From a bacterium (GTDB lineage: Bacteria; JACRDZ01; JAQUKH01), in NCBI GenBank assembly GCA_028719205.1, contig JAQUKH010000005.1, forward strand, positions 62,001-107,015: 45,015 nucleotides of DNA, read 5' to 3'. The notes under the pieces were generated by a model. That model saw nothing but the letters and a program-made list of their open reading frames with translations, ran no database searches and was not told the DNA's origin. The translations under genes were made by a program, and so were the position numbers. Below, one piece after another: positions 36,357-45,015 of the stretch. Position 1 is the first letter of the stretch; each line of letters opens with the position of its first letter.

Positions 36357-37213
36357 TCCACTTCCGGATTTATATTTTCCATCTCAGGCCAAACCAGGTC
36401 CATATTTTTCTTGAGAATAAATACTTCCTCCAATTTTGAGAAATTTACATAGGGAGTGATCTCAATATAACGGCTCATATTTAAAGACCTTTGTTCTATC
36501 TTTGTCACTTTTCCGATCAAGATCCCTTTTGGATAAACCATTCCCAGCCCGGAAGTGATAAGAATGTCTCCTTCTTGAAGGTCTTCTTTGTCATCAAAAT
36601 ATTTAAACTCACAAATATTTTTCATCATACCCGAGGCTACACCATTCGCGCGTGTTCTCTGCACCATCGCGCCAACCCCGCTGTTTCTGTCAATGATCAA
36701 CTGCACCTTACTCATATCAGGCCAAACCTTAGCTACACGGCCTGCTAATCCATCAGCCGTGATCACCACCATATCCACGGTAATATTATTTTTGCCGCCC
36801 TTATCAATAATAATATACTGTGACCAGTTGCTTGGATCCTGGCCGATAACTGCCGCGGAAAGTAATATTTTGGGGAATTTACTTGAAAAATCAAGAAGTT
36901 TATTCAGCCTGTTATTCTCTGACTCAAGTTCCGTGATCCTGGCCGTTCTTTGCATCAGAAAACTGTTTTCCTTATTTAGTTTCTGATTTTCTTCCCAAAC
37001 ATTTTTAAATTCTTTAATAAAAATATTCACGTCATTAATTTTCTTTCCAACCTTAGAAATAACCCAATTTCCTGGCAGAAAAAAACTATCCAGCCAGCTG
37101 CCCCAATCACGGCCGTGATAATCACCGACACTTGAGATCAAAAGAATAATAAATGAAACACAAATAAGAATTGAAGGCAAGAATTTCTCTCTGGACTGCT
37201 TAGAGATATCCAT
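36353..37213 (-). CDS. mreC: Rod shape-determining protein MreC
   Basis: LESENNRL.KLL, IDKG, GLAGRV, TSGLG.VYPKGI.IG, LEEVFI. Confidence 0.95.
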   Translation of the reverse strand: MDISKQSREKFLPSILICVSFIILLISSVGDYHGRDWGSWLDSFFLPGNWVISKVGKKINDVNIFIKEFKNVWEENQKLNKENSFLMQRTARITELESENNRLNKLLDFSSKFPKILLSAAVIGQDPSNWSQYIIIDKGGKNNITVDMVVITADGLAGRVAKVWPDMSKVQLIIDRNSGVGAMVQRTRANGVASGMMKNICEFKYFDDKEDLQEGDILITSGLGMVYPKGILIGKVTKIEQRSLNMSRYIEITPYVNFSKLEEVFILKKNMDLVWPEMENINPEVE

Positions 37214-37228
37214 AATAATTTCCTATTC

Positions 37229-37342
37229 ATAAGCGTTCAGCAATCAGCTGTCAGCGTTCAGCATTTAAAACTTAGTAGTATTCAGCCGTCAGCTTTTGAG
37301 TAAAATTAGCTGATAGCTGAACACTGATGCCTGAAAGCTTAT
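37229..37342. repeat. Inverted array of NNTCAGC heptamer repeats between mreB and mreC
   Basis: Left arm GTTCAGC AATCAGC TGTCAGC GTTCAGC; two more TCAGC units in the middle; right arm GCTGATA GCTGAAC ACTGATG CCTGAAA; ends ATAAGC/GCTTAT. Confidence 0.85.
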
Positions 37343-37344
37343 TT

Positions 37345-38400
<1,056 letters not shown>

Positions 38401-38414
38401 TTAATCCTCCTATC

Positions 38415-39383
38415 CTAAAGTTCCTTTTCTTCAATTAATTCTCCATCAAGAAATATTTTCATTTTGGCTTCACCTGTAACCTTAACGTCCAAATTTATCC
38501 TCTCCGATGGCTTAACCGTTCTGTTTAACTCCTCACGCGATCCTCTGTCATCAAGCACTTCGACCTTAATTACTCTATCTACCAATCCGGCAGGTACAGA
38601 ATAAACTATAAAAACCTGCCGTTCTTTTTCTGCTTTAACTTCCGAATCGCCCGGAACGCTTATCTTAAGATCAACAGGGTCTCCATAAGAAACCATGTAA
38701 CCTGCCTGCGGATTCTGTTCCAATATGGTTCCATTTTCCCAATCGTTTGTCTTTTCCTCTTTTATCTCGCCTTCGACTAATGCCAAACTTTTTATAAGCT
38801 TTTTAGTTTCCACAATATTTTTGCCAATAAGATCCGGCATATAAAAGTAATATTTTTCCTTACCGGAACTTACCAGTAAATTAATTTTAGAATCCGGCAA
38901 TACATCTGAATCCGGCCGCGGCGTCTGTGAAATAACCTTTCCATCCTCAGCGTAAGCTGAAGACACAAAAGCGATCCGGCCGACGGTCCAGCCCTCCCTC
39001 TTTAAAATACCCTGCGCCTCTCTTAAATTTGTATTTTCAACATTAGGAACTTTTGTCTGCATTATACCACGGCTTATAACTACCCTGATTATCCTGCCCT
39101 CTTTTACCTCTTCTCCAGGAGCCGGATACTGGGAAATAATATAATCCCGCGGAATAACGCTGTCAAAGGCCTTTTCAGCGATCTGCAGATTTAATTTTTT
39201 CGGGTTCAAGGCCTCAAGCGCGTCAACAACACTTTGGCCCGCCACATCAGGTATTTCAACCTTTTTCTTTTGACTGATTATTGCCCCGGCGATAAAAAAA
39301 CCCAAAAAGACAGCAAATATTATAATGCCCAGAAAGCTGAAAAACAACTTTCCCCAATGTGTAGGAGTATTTTCATTTGCCAT
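38415..39383 (-). CDS. Membrane-anchored protein with three PASTA domains
   Basis: TM helix then IPDV.G / VPNV / MPDLIG repeats with ISQ.P.PG. Start moved to ATG 39383 because a promoter overlaps the track start. Confidence 0.9.
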   Translation of the reverse strand: MANENTPTHWGKLFFSFLGIIIFAVFLGFFIAGAIISQKKKVEIPDVAGQSVVDALEALNPKKLNLQIAEKAFDSVIPRDYIISQYPAPGEEVKEGRIIRVVISRGIMQTKVPNVENTNLREAQGILKREGWTVGRIAFVSSAYAEDGKVISQTPRPDSDVLPDSKINLLVSSGKEKYYFYMPDLIGKNIVETKKLIKSLALVEGEIKEEKTNDWENGTILEQNPQAGYMVSYGDPVDLKISVPGDSEVKAEKERQVFIVYSVPAGLVDRVIKVEVLDDRGSREELNRTVKPSERINLDVKVTGEAKMKIFLDGELIEEKEL

Positions 39384-39404
39384 TTTATAGTACCAAAACA
39401 AGTT

Positions 39405-39433
39405 ATTTTATCAGGATAATCGATTTTTGTCAA
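39405..39433 (-). promoter_or_regulatory. Sigma-70-type promoter for the PASTA-mre operon
   Basis: TTGACA-17 bp-TAAAAT with extended TG. Confidence 0.7.
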
Positions 39434-39443
39434 ATTATCCAGT

Positions 39444-40373
39444 TTATCCTAATTGCATCCCGGTTTTTAATCTGTAGCCTGAAACAAATTCACCGGCCGT
39501 CATCGCTTTTTTCGCTTCAGGCTTTACCTCTTTTATATAAATCAGACCGTCAGCGCATAAAATGCCGATCTTTTCTTTATCCGCTGCAACTATTTCGCCC
39601 GGTTTTCCTTCTTTTTTATCTAGAACATATTCCGCTTTGATAATTTTGACTATTTTCCCATTAAAAAAAGAATAAGTTCCAGGCCAGGGATTTAACGCCC
39701 TTATTTTATTATGTATCTTTAACGCGCCGTCATTCCAATTTATCGATCCGTCTTCTTTTGTGATCTTCCGTACATAAGTTGCTGATCTTTCATCCTGCGG
39801 GACAGGGATTGCGTTTTTATTCTTTATTAAATTAACCGCTTCTTTTAACGCTTCAGCGCCAAGAAAAGCCAACCTTGTGTATAATGAACTGAAATTATCT
39901 TCACTTGTAATTTCTGTTTCTTTCTGGATAATAATATCTCCCGCGTCCAGTTTTTCTAAAACATTCTGGATAGTAACCCCTGTCTTCGATTCACCTTCCA
40001 GTATCGCCCACTGTATCGGCGCGCTGCCCCTGAATTTAGGTAAAAGAGAGGCGTGAACATTTATACACCCGAGTTTTGGTATAGATAAAAATTCTTTAGT
40101 CAGGATCTGCCCGTACGCGACTACAACGATAATATCCGGCTTCAGGTCTTTAACCTCCTGTATAAAATCCGGCTCCTTCGAGGATTCCGGCTGTAAAATA
40201 CTAAGACAATTTACCATCGCCAGTTTTTTAACCGGCGTGACATCCTGCTTCATTCCTCTGCCTTTTTTCCTGTCAGGCCTTGTTACAACACAAACAATAT
40301 TTTCACCGCTATCAATTAATATTTTTAAAGAAGGAACCGCGAATTCCGGGGTACCCATAAAAATAATACGCAT
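39444..40373 (-). CDS. fmt: Methionyl-tRNA formyltransferase
   Basis: MRIIFMGTPEFA, VVAYGQIL, NVHASLLP..RGSAPIQ, LDAGD. Confidence 0.98.
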   Translation of the reverse strand: MRIIFMGTPEFAVPSLKILIDSGENIVCVVTRPDRKKGRGMKQDVTPVKKLAMVNCLSILQPESSKEPDFIQEVKDLKPDIIVVVAYGQILTKEFLSIPKLGCINVHASLLPKFRGSAPIQWAILEGESKTGVTIQNVLEKLDAGDIIIQKETEITSEDNFSSLYTRLAFLGAEALKEAVNLIKNKNAIPVPQDERSATYVRKITKEDGSINWNDGALKIHNKIRALNPWPGTYSFFNGKIVKIIKAEYVLDKKEGKPGEIVAADKEKIGILCADGLIYIKEVKPEAKKAMTAGEFVSGYRLKTGMQLG

Positions 40374-40491
40374 AAATAATATCCTTTCAAATTATCTTCA
40401 GTCTCTGCAAATTACTAAACAACCTTACAGCTTCATAAAAATTTTCAGCCTGTTTTTCTTCCATTCCGCCTGTTTCCATAGTCGGTATAAT

Positions 40492-41292
40492 CTAAATTCT
40501 GTCTACTCTTCTCAGAATATATGAAGCAAGAGAAAATAGATCTAAAGCGTCTTCTTTAGACATATCCCATGATTTTCTCGGTTCATGCGCTAACGGATTT
40601 CTAAATGTTCCAAATAAACCTTTCAGTAAATTTGAAAATCCTTTTTGTTCAGATTTCTCAGTTTCAGTTATATAATCATTAATTTTTAAAATAGGAGAAT
40701 CTCCTGAAAAGACTTTATCAACTAAATCTGCTCCATCTTTGTCTAACTTGCTTTTTTGTCTAATTATCTCACCTACACCTTTTGTTGCTTCAAAGACAGC
40801 ATGAAAATAATTATCGGAAAGTAGCTCTTCGCAGCAATAATTAAGAAGCTCCGGGTGTAAATTTCTATCCTTTATTCCGCTCTTTAAATTTTCCGCTCTC
40901 CTCTGGGCTTCAGTTAAAGAATTTGACTTATCTATAACATGGAATTTCCCATCGTCCCTATATTCTAAACCTTGAAATGATAGAATTACATTGATTTCAT
41001 TAAGAATGGAATTAAAGTATCCAGTATTTCCAACAAAACGTGCTGGTTCAAGGGCTTTGCTAATAAACGATAATACGTGATTATCTGATTGCCGTTCGTT
41101 ATGGGCAGTAACAAAAGCGTTAAAGAGCCGTTTCCATTTAGTTATTGCCGGGTCAGTATCCATAATCCGCGTCTCAGCCAGAAAACGACCTATCTCTGTA
41201 CCAGTTAATCTAAACTTCGTATCTCCCAATATTTTTGCAATTTGTTCGATTTGACCTGGTTTAAAAATTCTAATTTTCGTATCTTTAGACAT
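40492..41292 (-). CDS. TIGR02391 family protein (Ymh/HEPN-like C-terminal domain)
   Basis: LTGTEIG, TKWKRL.NAF, NYFHAVFEA.K, DG..LVD..F, SEQKGF.NLLKGLFGTFRNPLAH (RxxxxH). Confidence 0.85.
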   Translation of the reverse strand: MSKDTKIRIFKPGQIEQIAKILGDTKFRLTGTEIGRFLAETRIMDTDPAITKWKRLFNAFVTAHNERQSDNHVLSFISKALEPARFVGNTGYFNSILNEINVILSFQGLEYRDDGKFHVIDKSNSLTEAQRRAENLKSGIKDRNLHPELLNYCCEELLSDNYFHAVFEATKGVGEIIRQKSKLDKDGADLVDKVFSGDSPILKINDYITETEKSEQKGFSNLLKGLFGTFRNPLAHEPRKSWDMSKEDALDLFSLASYILRRVDRI

Positions 41293-41463
41293 ATTTTTAT
41301 CAATTCGGGCTCACTTGTTCATTCTAAAATAATTCAAATTTGATTACTATATCTCTATAATTCTGTTTTCTATAGAGATTAATTAAAATTTAATTTTTAT
41401 TCTCTCGCTTTTACACCACAGCAAGTTTTACTTAATCTATCCAAATTGTAGGCAGGTTTGATT

Positions 41464-42297
41464 TTATTTACCCTGCGTCAGTTTTAATATATGGTTATTT
41501 CCAAGTAATGATTTCATCTGGTTTATGGCGATACTGTTAAGCTGCTGAAGCCGTTCGGATTGGCTTAATCCCTGATGAATCAGCACTGAATTGATGCTCT
41601 CAAGATTGGATAAAACTACTAATTGCTCAATAGTTGCATAATCGCGGATATTGCCATCAATTTTGGAGTATTTATCCCGCCATTCTTTAGCCGTTATTCC
41701 AAATAACGCCACATTGAGAAGATCGGCTTCATTAGCATAAATCATCTGCATTTGATTTTTGTTCAATTCAGGCGGTATCAAATTTTCTTTGATAGCATCA
41801 GTATGTATCCTGTAGTTAATTTTAGAAATGGTTCGCTGCAGATTCCATCCCAGTTTGAGACGGTTATTTTCATCATTTTTTAATCGCTGAAATTCCTTTA
41901 AAAGAAACAGTTTAAATTCAGCGCTTATCCATGCCGCAAACTCAAAAGCAATATCACGGTGGGCATATGTACCACCATTATTGCCGGGTTTTGAGATGAT
42001 CCCTATTGCATTAGTAGCTTCTATCCATTTTGAAGGAGATAGTACAAAAGAATTACTTCCAGCCTTGTACATAAAGGAGTCGAATTCGACCCCTTTGAAA
42101 TCAGGATTATGAAGTTTTTCCCATAAACCCAGAAATTCAATGGTTGTTTTTGAACGCATCCAGTTTTTTACAATATCCTTTGGCTCTTCCTTATTTTTAT
42201 AACGAGCTATATCAGTTAATGAAATATATTCTTCCTCTTCTTTTGAAAAAAATGTAATTTCAGTACCTTTAACAGTTATTGTTGCATTCTTTTTCAT
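41464..42297 (-). CDS. KilA-N domain DNA-binding protein
   Basis: YISLTDIARYK, NWMR..TTIEFLGLWE, GGTYAHRDIAFEFA.WIS.EFKL. Confidence 0.9.
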   Translation of the reverse strand: MKKNATITVKGTEITFFSKEEEEYISLTDIARYKNKEEPKDIVKNWMRSKTTIEFLGLWEKLHNPDFKGVEFDSFMYKAGSNSFVLSPSKWIEATNAIGIISKPGNNGGTYAHRDIAFEFAAWISAEFKLFLLKEFQRLKNDENNRLKLGWNLQRTISKINYRIHTDAIKENLIPPELNKNQMQMIYANEADLLNVALFGITAKEWRDKYSKIDGNIRDYATIEQLVVLSNLESINSVLIHQGLSQSERLQQLNSIAINQMKSLLGNNHILKLTQGK

Positions 42298-42815
42298 ATT
42301 TTCGTGTTCCCGTGTTTTTTTAACTCTTTCAATTTATTTTGAATAAAGAACTTTTGGGCAAAGGATAAATGGTCAACGAACAGGATACCGTCAAGATGGT
42401 CTATTTCATGCTGGAGCGCCTTCGCGAGCAGATCTGACACCGTGATCTTTACAGGTTTGCCTTTAATGTTTAAACCGCAAACGGTAACTTTCGCGGATCG
42501 TTTCACGCTGGCATTGATACCCGGAAGGCTGAGACACCCTTCATCCTCTTCCATCTGGCCTTCTTTCTCGACAATTTCCGGATTAATAAGAGCTATTAAA
42601 TTTTTGCCCCCGTCTTCTCCGACTGTTATGTCAATAACGATTATTCTTTTCAAGACTCCTACCTGATTAGCGGCAAGGCCCACCCCGGGGGCCTTATACA
42701 TTGTTTCCGCCATATCATTGATCAGGTCAATTATTTTTTTATTAATTTCTTTTACAGGCTTAGCCTTCTCCCTGAGAACCTCTTCCCCATATATTTTTAT
42801 ATTCAAAATAGACAT
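42294..42815 (-). CDS. def: Peptide deformylase
   Basis: GVGLAANQVG, EGCLS, QHEIDHLDG. Confidence 0.98.
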   Translation of the reverse strand: MSILNIKIYGEEVLREKAKPVKEINKKIIDLINDMAETMYKAPGVGLAANQVGVLKRIIVIDITVGEDGGKNLIALINPEIVEKEGQMEEDEGCLSLPGINASVKRSAKVTVCGLNIKGKPVKITVSDLLAKALQHEIDHLDGILFVDHLSFAQKFFIQNKLKELKKHGNTKI

Positions 42816-42837
42816 TAAATCTCCTTATTCACAAATC

Positions 42838-43824
42838 TCATGCTTTCATTTCTTTGTTTGAGACTTGTTTTTTATCTTCAACATGTGACCTTTTCCCGCA
42901 CCGGCTGCCCCATGAGGCAATTAGCTCACCCATTTCTTTCATAACAATAACCTCGCAATGATTAACGCAGTCCTGGCATTCAAAACAGGATGTTTCAAAC
43001 TCCCGTTTGTTTAAATAAAAACCTTTAAATTTCGATCTCTGGCCTGTTTTTTTTCTTTCTTTCGCGAGCAGCGCTGCCCCTATCGCGCCCATAATTTTAT
43101 GCTCTTTCGGGACAAAGACCGGCAAATTCAATTCCTCTTCAAAAACCTTTTTTATCCCTTGATTCGCCGCGACACCGCCCTGAAAAATTATCGGAGCAAG
43201 GATCTCCTTGCCTTTTACAAGATTATTTAAATAATTCCTCACGAGCGCGCGGCATAAACCTCCAATAATATTTTCATTGGAATATCCTAACTGCTGTTTA
43301 TGGATCATATCGGATTCAGCAAAAACAGTGCATCTCCCCGCGATTTTCACGTTAAGGTCGGCCTTTAACGCCAACGCCCCGAATTCCTCGATAGGGATCT
43401 TCAGCCTTTCCGCCTGATGATCTAAAAAAGAACCTGTCCCCGCAGCACAGACTGTATTCATGGCAAAATCAACAGGTATCCCGTCCCTGATAATAATTAT
43501 CTTGGAATCCTGCCCGCCTATCTCAAGAACAGTCTTAACATCAGGATTTATATGAATAGCCGCAACCGCATGAGCAGTAATTTCATTAACCACACAATCC
43601 GCGCCAACTAATACACCCGCAAGCATACGGCCGCTTCCCGTCGCCCCGCATGCCTCAATTTCTATATTCATTCCAAGCTTATCAGCAAGATCTTCCAGCC
43701 CCTGTTTAATTACATCAATAGGCCGGCCTTTAGTCCGGAGATACGAATGAGCCAATAATTTAAAGTCCTTATCTAAAAGCGCCAGATCCACACTGACTGA
43801 ACCGACATCAATACCAAGATACAT
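42838..43824 (-). CDS. Acyl-CoA dehydratase activase (HgdC/BadF/BcrA ATPase family)
   Basis: GIDVGSVS, TGSGR, EIGGQDSK, MNTVCAAGTGSFL, CTVFAESD, QGGVA.N; C-terminal CxxCxxxC. Confidence 0.92.
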   Translation of the reverse strand: MYLGIDVGSVSVDLALLDKDFKLLAHSYLRTKGRPIDVIKQGLEDLADKLGMNIEIEACGATGSGRMLAGVLVGADCVVNEITAHAVAAIHINPDVKTVLEIGGQDSKIIIIRDGIPVDFAMNTVCAAGTGSFLDHQAERLKIPIEEFGALALKADLNVKIAGRCTVFAESDMIHKQQLGYSNENIIGGLCRALVRNYLNNLVKGKEILAPIIFQGGVAANQGIKKVFEEELNLPVFVPKEHKIMGAIGAALLAKERKKTGQRSKFKGFYLNKREFETSCFECQDCVNHCEVIVMKEMGELIASWGSRCGKRSHVEDKKQVSNKEMKA

Positions 43825-43992
43825 AAAACTCCTTGAAAATTAAAAGTAATATAGCCTCAACCGGATAATTATGGTTTAATTATATATTATAACTTAATAT
43901 AATCTAAAAATAATCATATTTTTTTATAAACTAATTTTTAGCGTAATGGATAGAATATGTTCATAGCCACCTGCAGCAATTAAATCCTTTTT

Positions 43993-45015
43993 CTATATCC
44001 ATGCCTTGCGAAGCAGTAACCATTTTACGGTCTGAGTAAGAATAAGATAACAAAACAGTGTTAAAGCTAATAAAGGCCAGTACAGATTCGGTAATTGAGC
44101 AAATCCAAGTGAGGAAGCTATCGGTGAAAACGGCAGCCATAAACCAATCATCATAATAATTGTTGTGGTAATAGTTACCGGCCAACTGGCGCGGCTTTGA
44201 AGAAACGGTATGCGATTTGTACGGATAACGTGAATAATTAATGTTTGTGTCAATAATGATTCTACAAACCATCCGGTTTGAAACAATGACGCGTGAGATA
44301 AATCTCTGCAGTTAAAAATGTAAAACATCATGAAATACGTCGTATAATCAAATATCGAACTGCAAGGGCCGATAAAAAGTATAAACCTGGAAATTTCCTT
44401 TATTGACCATGGACGAGGCTTCGCGATTTGTTCAGGATCCACATTATCGGTAGGAATAGGTACCTGAGAGAAATCATAAAGTAAATTGTTGGTTAGTATC
44501 TGGATCGGCGCCATAGGAACAAACGGTAAAAAAATGCTCGCGCCCAGAACACTGAACATATTTCCAAAATTTGAGCTGGCACCCATTCGCACATATTTGA
44601 GAATATTCGCAAAAACTTTTCTCCCTTCCAAAATACCTTCCTCAAGTATCATCAGGTTTTTTTCCAGGAGAATTACATCCGCTGATTCCTTAGCTATATC
44701 CACCGCCGAGTCAACAGAAATTCCCACGTCGGAAGCACGCAACGCGGGAGCGTCATTAATGCCGTCTCCCAGAAAACCGACTACATGTCCCTTGCTCTGG
44801 AGAGCTTTGATAATCCGCTGTTTGTGAGCAGGTGATAGCCTTGCAAATAATACAGTCCGCTCCGCTATATCGCCGAGCTGTTCATCGGTCATACCTTCAA
44901 CCTGCGATCCCAAAAGCATTTTATCTATGACAAGACCAACTTCAGTACAAATTTTTCGGCTTACCAGGTCATTATCCCCGGTCAGAACTTTGACAGATAC
45001 ACCATGTTTCTGAAG
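43993..45015 (-). CDS. mgtA: Magnesium-translocating P-type ATPase (C-terminal part; N-terminus outside window)
   Basis: Frame open to window end (LQKHGVSVKVLTGDN...); GDGINDAPAL, SSNFGNMFSV, NLLYD.SQ, FQTGWFVES. Confidence 0.93.
   Translation of the reverse strand, partial: LQKHGVSVKVLTGDNDLVSRKICTEVGLVIDKMLLGSQVEGMTDEQLGDIAERTVLFARLSPAHKQRIIKALQSKGHVVGFLGDGINDAPALRASDVGISVDSAVDIAKESADVILLEKNLMILEEGILEGRKVFANILKYVRMGASSNFGNMFSVLGASIFLPFVPMAPIQILTNNLLYDFSQVPIPTDNVDPEQIAKPRPWSIKEISRFILFIGPCSSIFDYTTYFMMFYIFNCRDLSHASLFQTGWFVESLLTQTLIIHVIRTNRIPFLQSRASWPVTITTTIIMMIGLWLPFSPIASSLGFAQLPNLYWPLLALTLFCYLILTQTVKWLLLRKAWI

Noticed and set aside
40387-40479. 30-codon minus-strand ORF (METGGMEEKQAENFYEAVRLFSNLQRLKII) between TIGR02391 and fmt
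   Set aside because: Too short, no clear SD; could be a gene remnant but cannot be supported without a search.

Overview
AT-rich bacterial chromosomal window from a probably diderm lineage (outer-membrane-type genes are present; phylum cannot be assigned from sequence alone). Most of it is housekeeping, mainly on the minus strand: mgtA (partial), CoA-dehydratase activase, def/fmt, PASTA protein, mreBCD-mrdA-rodA, a radical SAM pair, rng-rplU-rpmA-obgE, rpsF-ssb-rpsR-rplI, dnaB-alr-mlaF-ruvX-mltG. A plus-strand block runs parA...radA-yacL-ispD. Two things stand out. (1) A 78-bp non-coding element occurs twice (16616-16699 and 36273-36356). Each copy starts at a host stop codon, is bounded by an ATAAA direct repeat, shows compensatory base changes, and resembles an integron attC site, like a gene-less mini-cassette with no integrase in the window. 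(2) A self-contained sigma-54 circuit: a histidine kinase with a catalytically degenerate bEBP-type AAA+ domain at its N-terminus, an NtrC-type regulator, a clear -24/-12 promoter with tandem upstream sites, and a downstream REC-HD-GYP protein plus an unknown Cys/His protein. Also present: a heptamer-repeat hairpin between mreB and mreC, a KilA-N + TIGR02391 (HEPN-like) islet splitting def-fmt, a PorV + M6 protease pair with a T9SS-like C-terminal domain, an orphan ParA with a small partner, and an ispD/delta-60 rearrangement scar. No rRNA, tRNA, CRISPR array or transposase was seen. All family assignments are from motif recognition by eye, not database searches.
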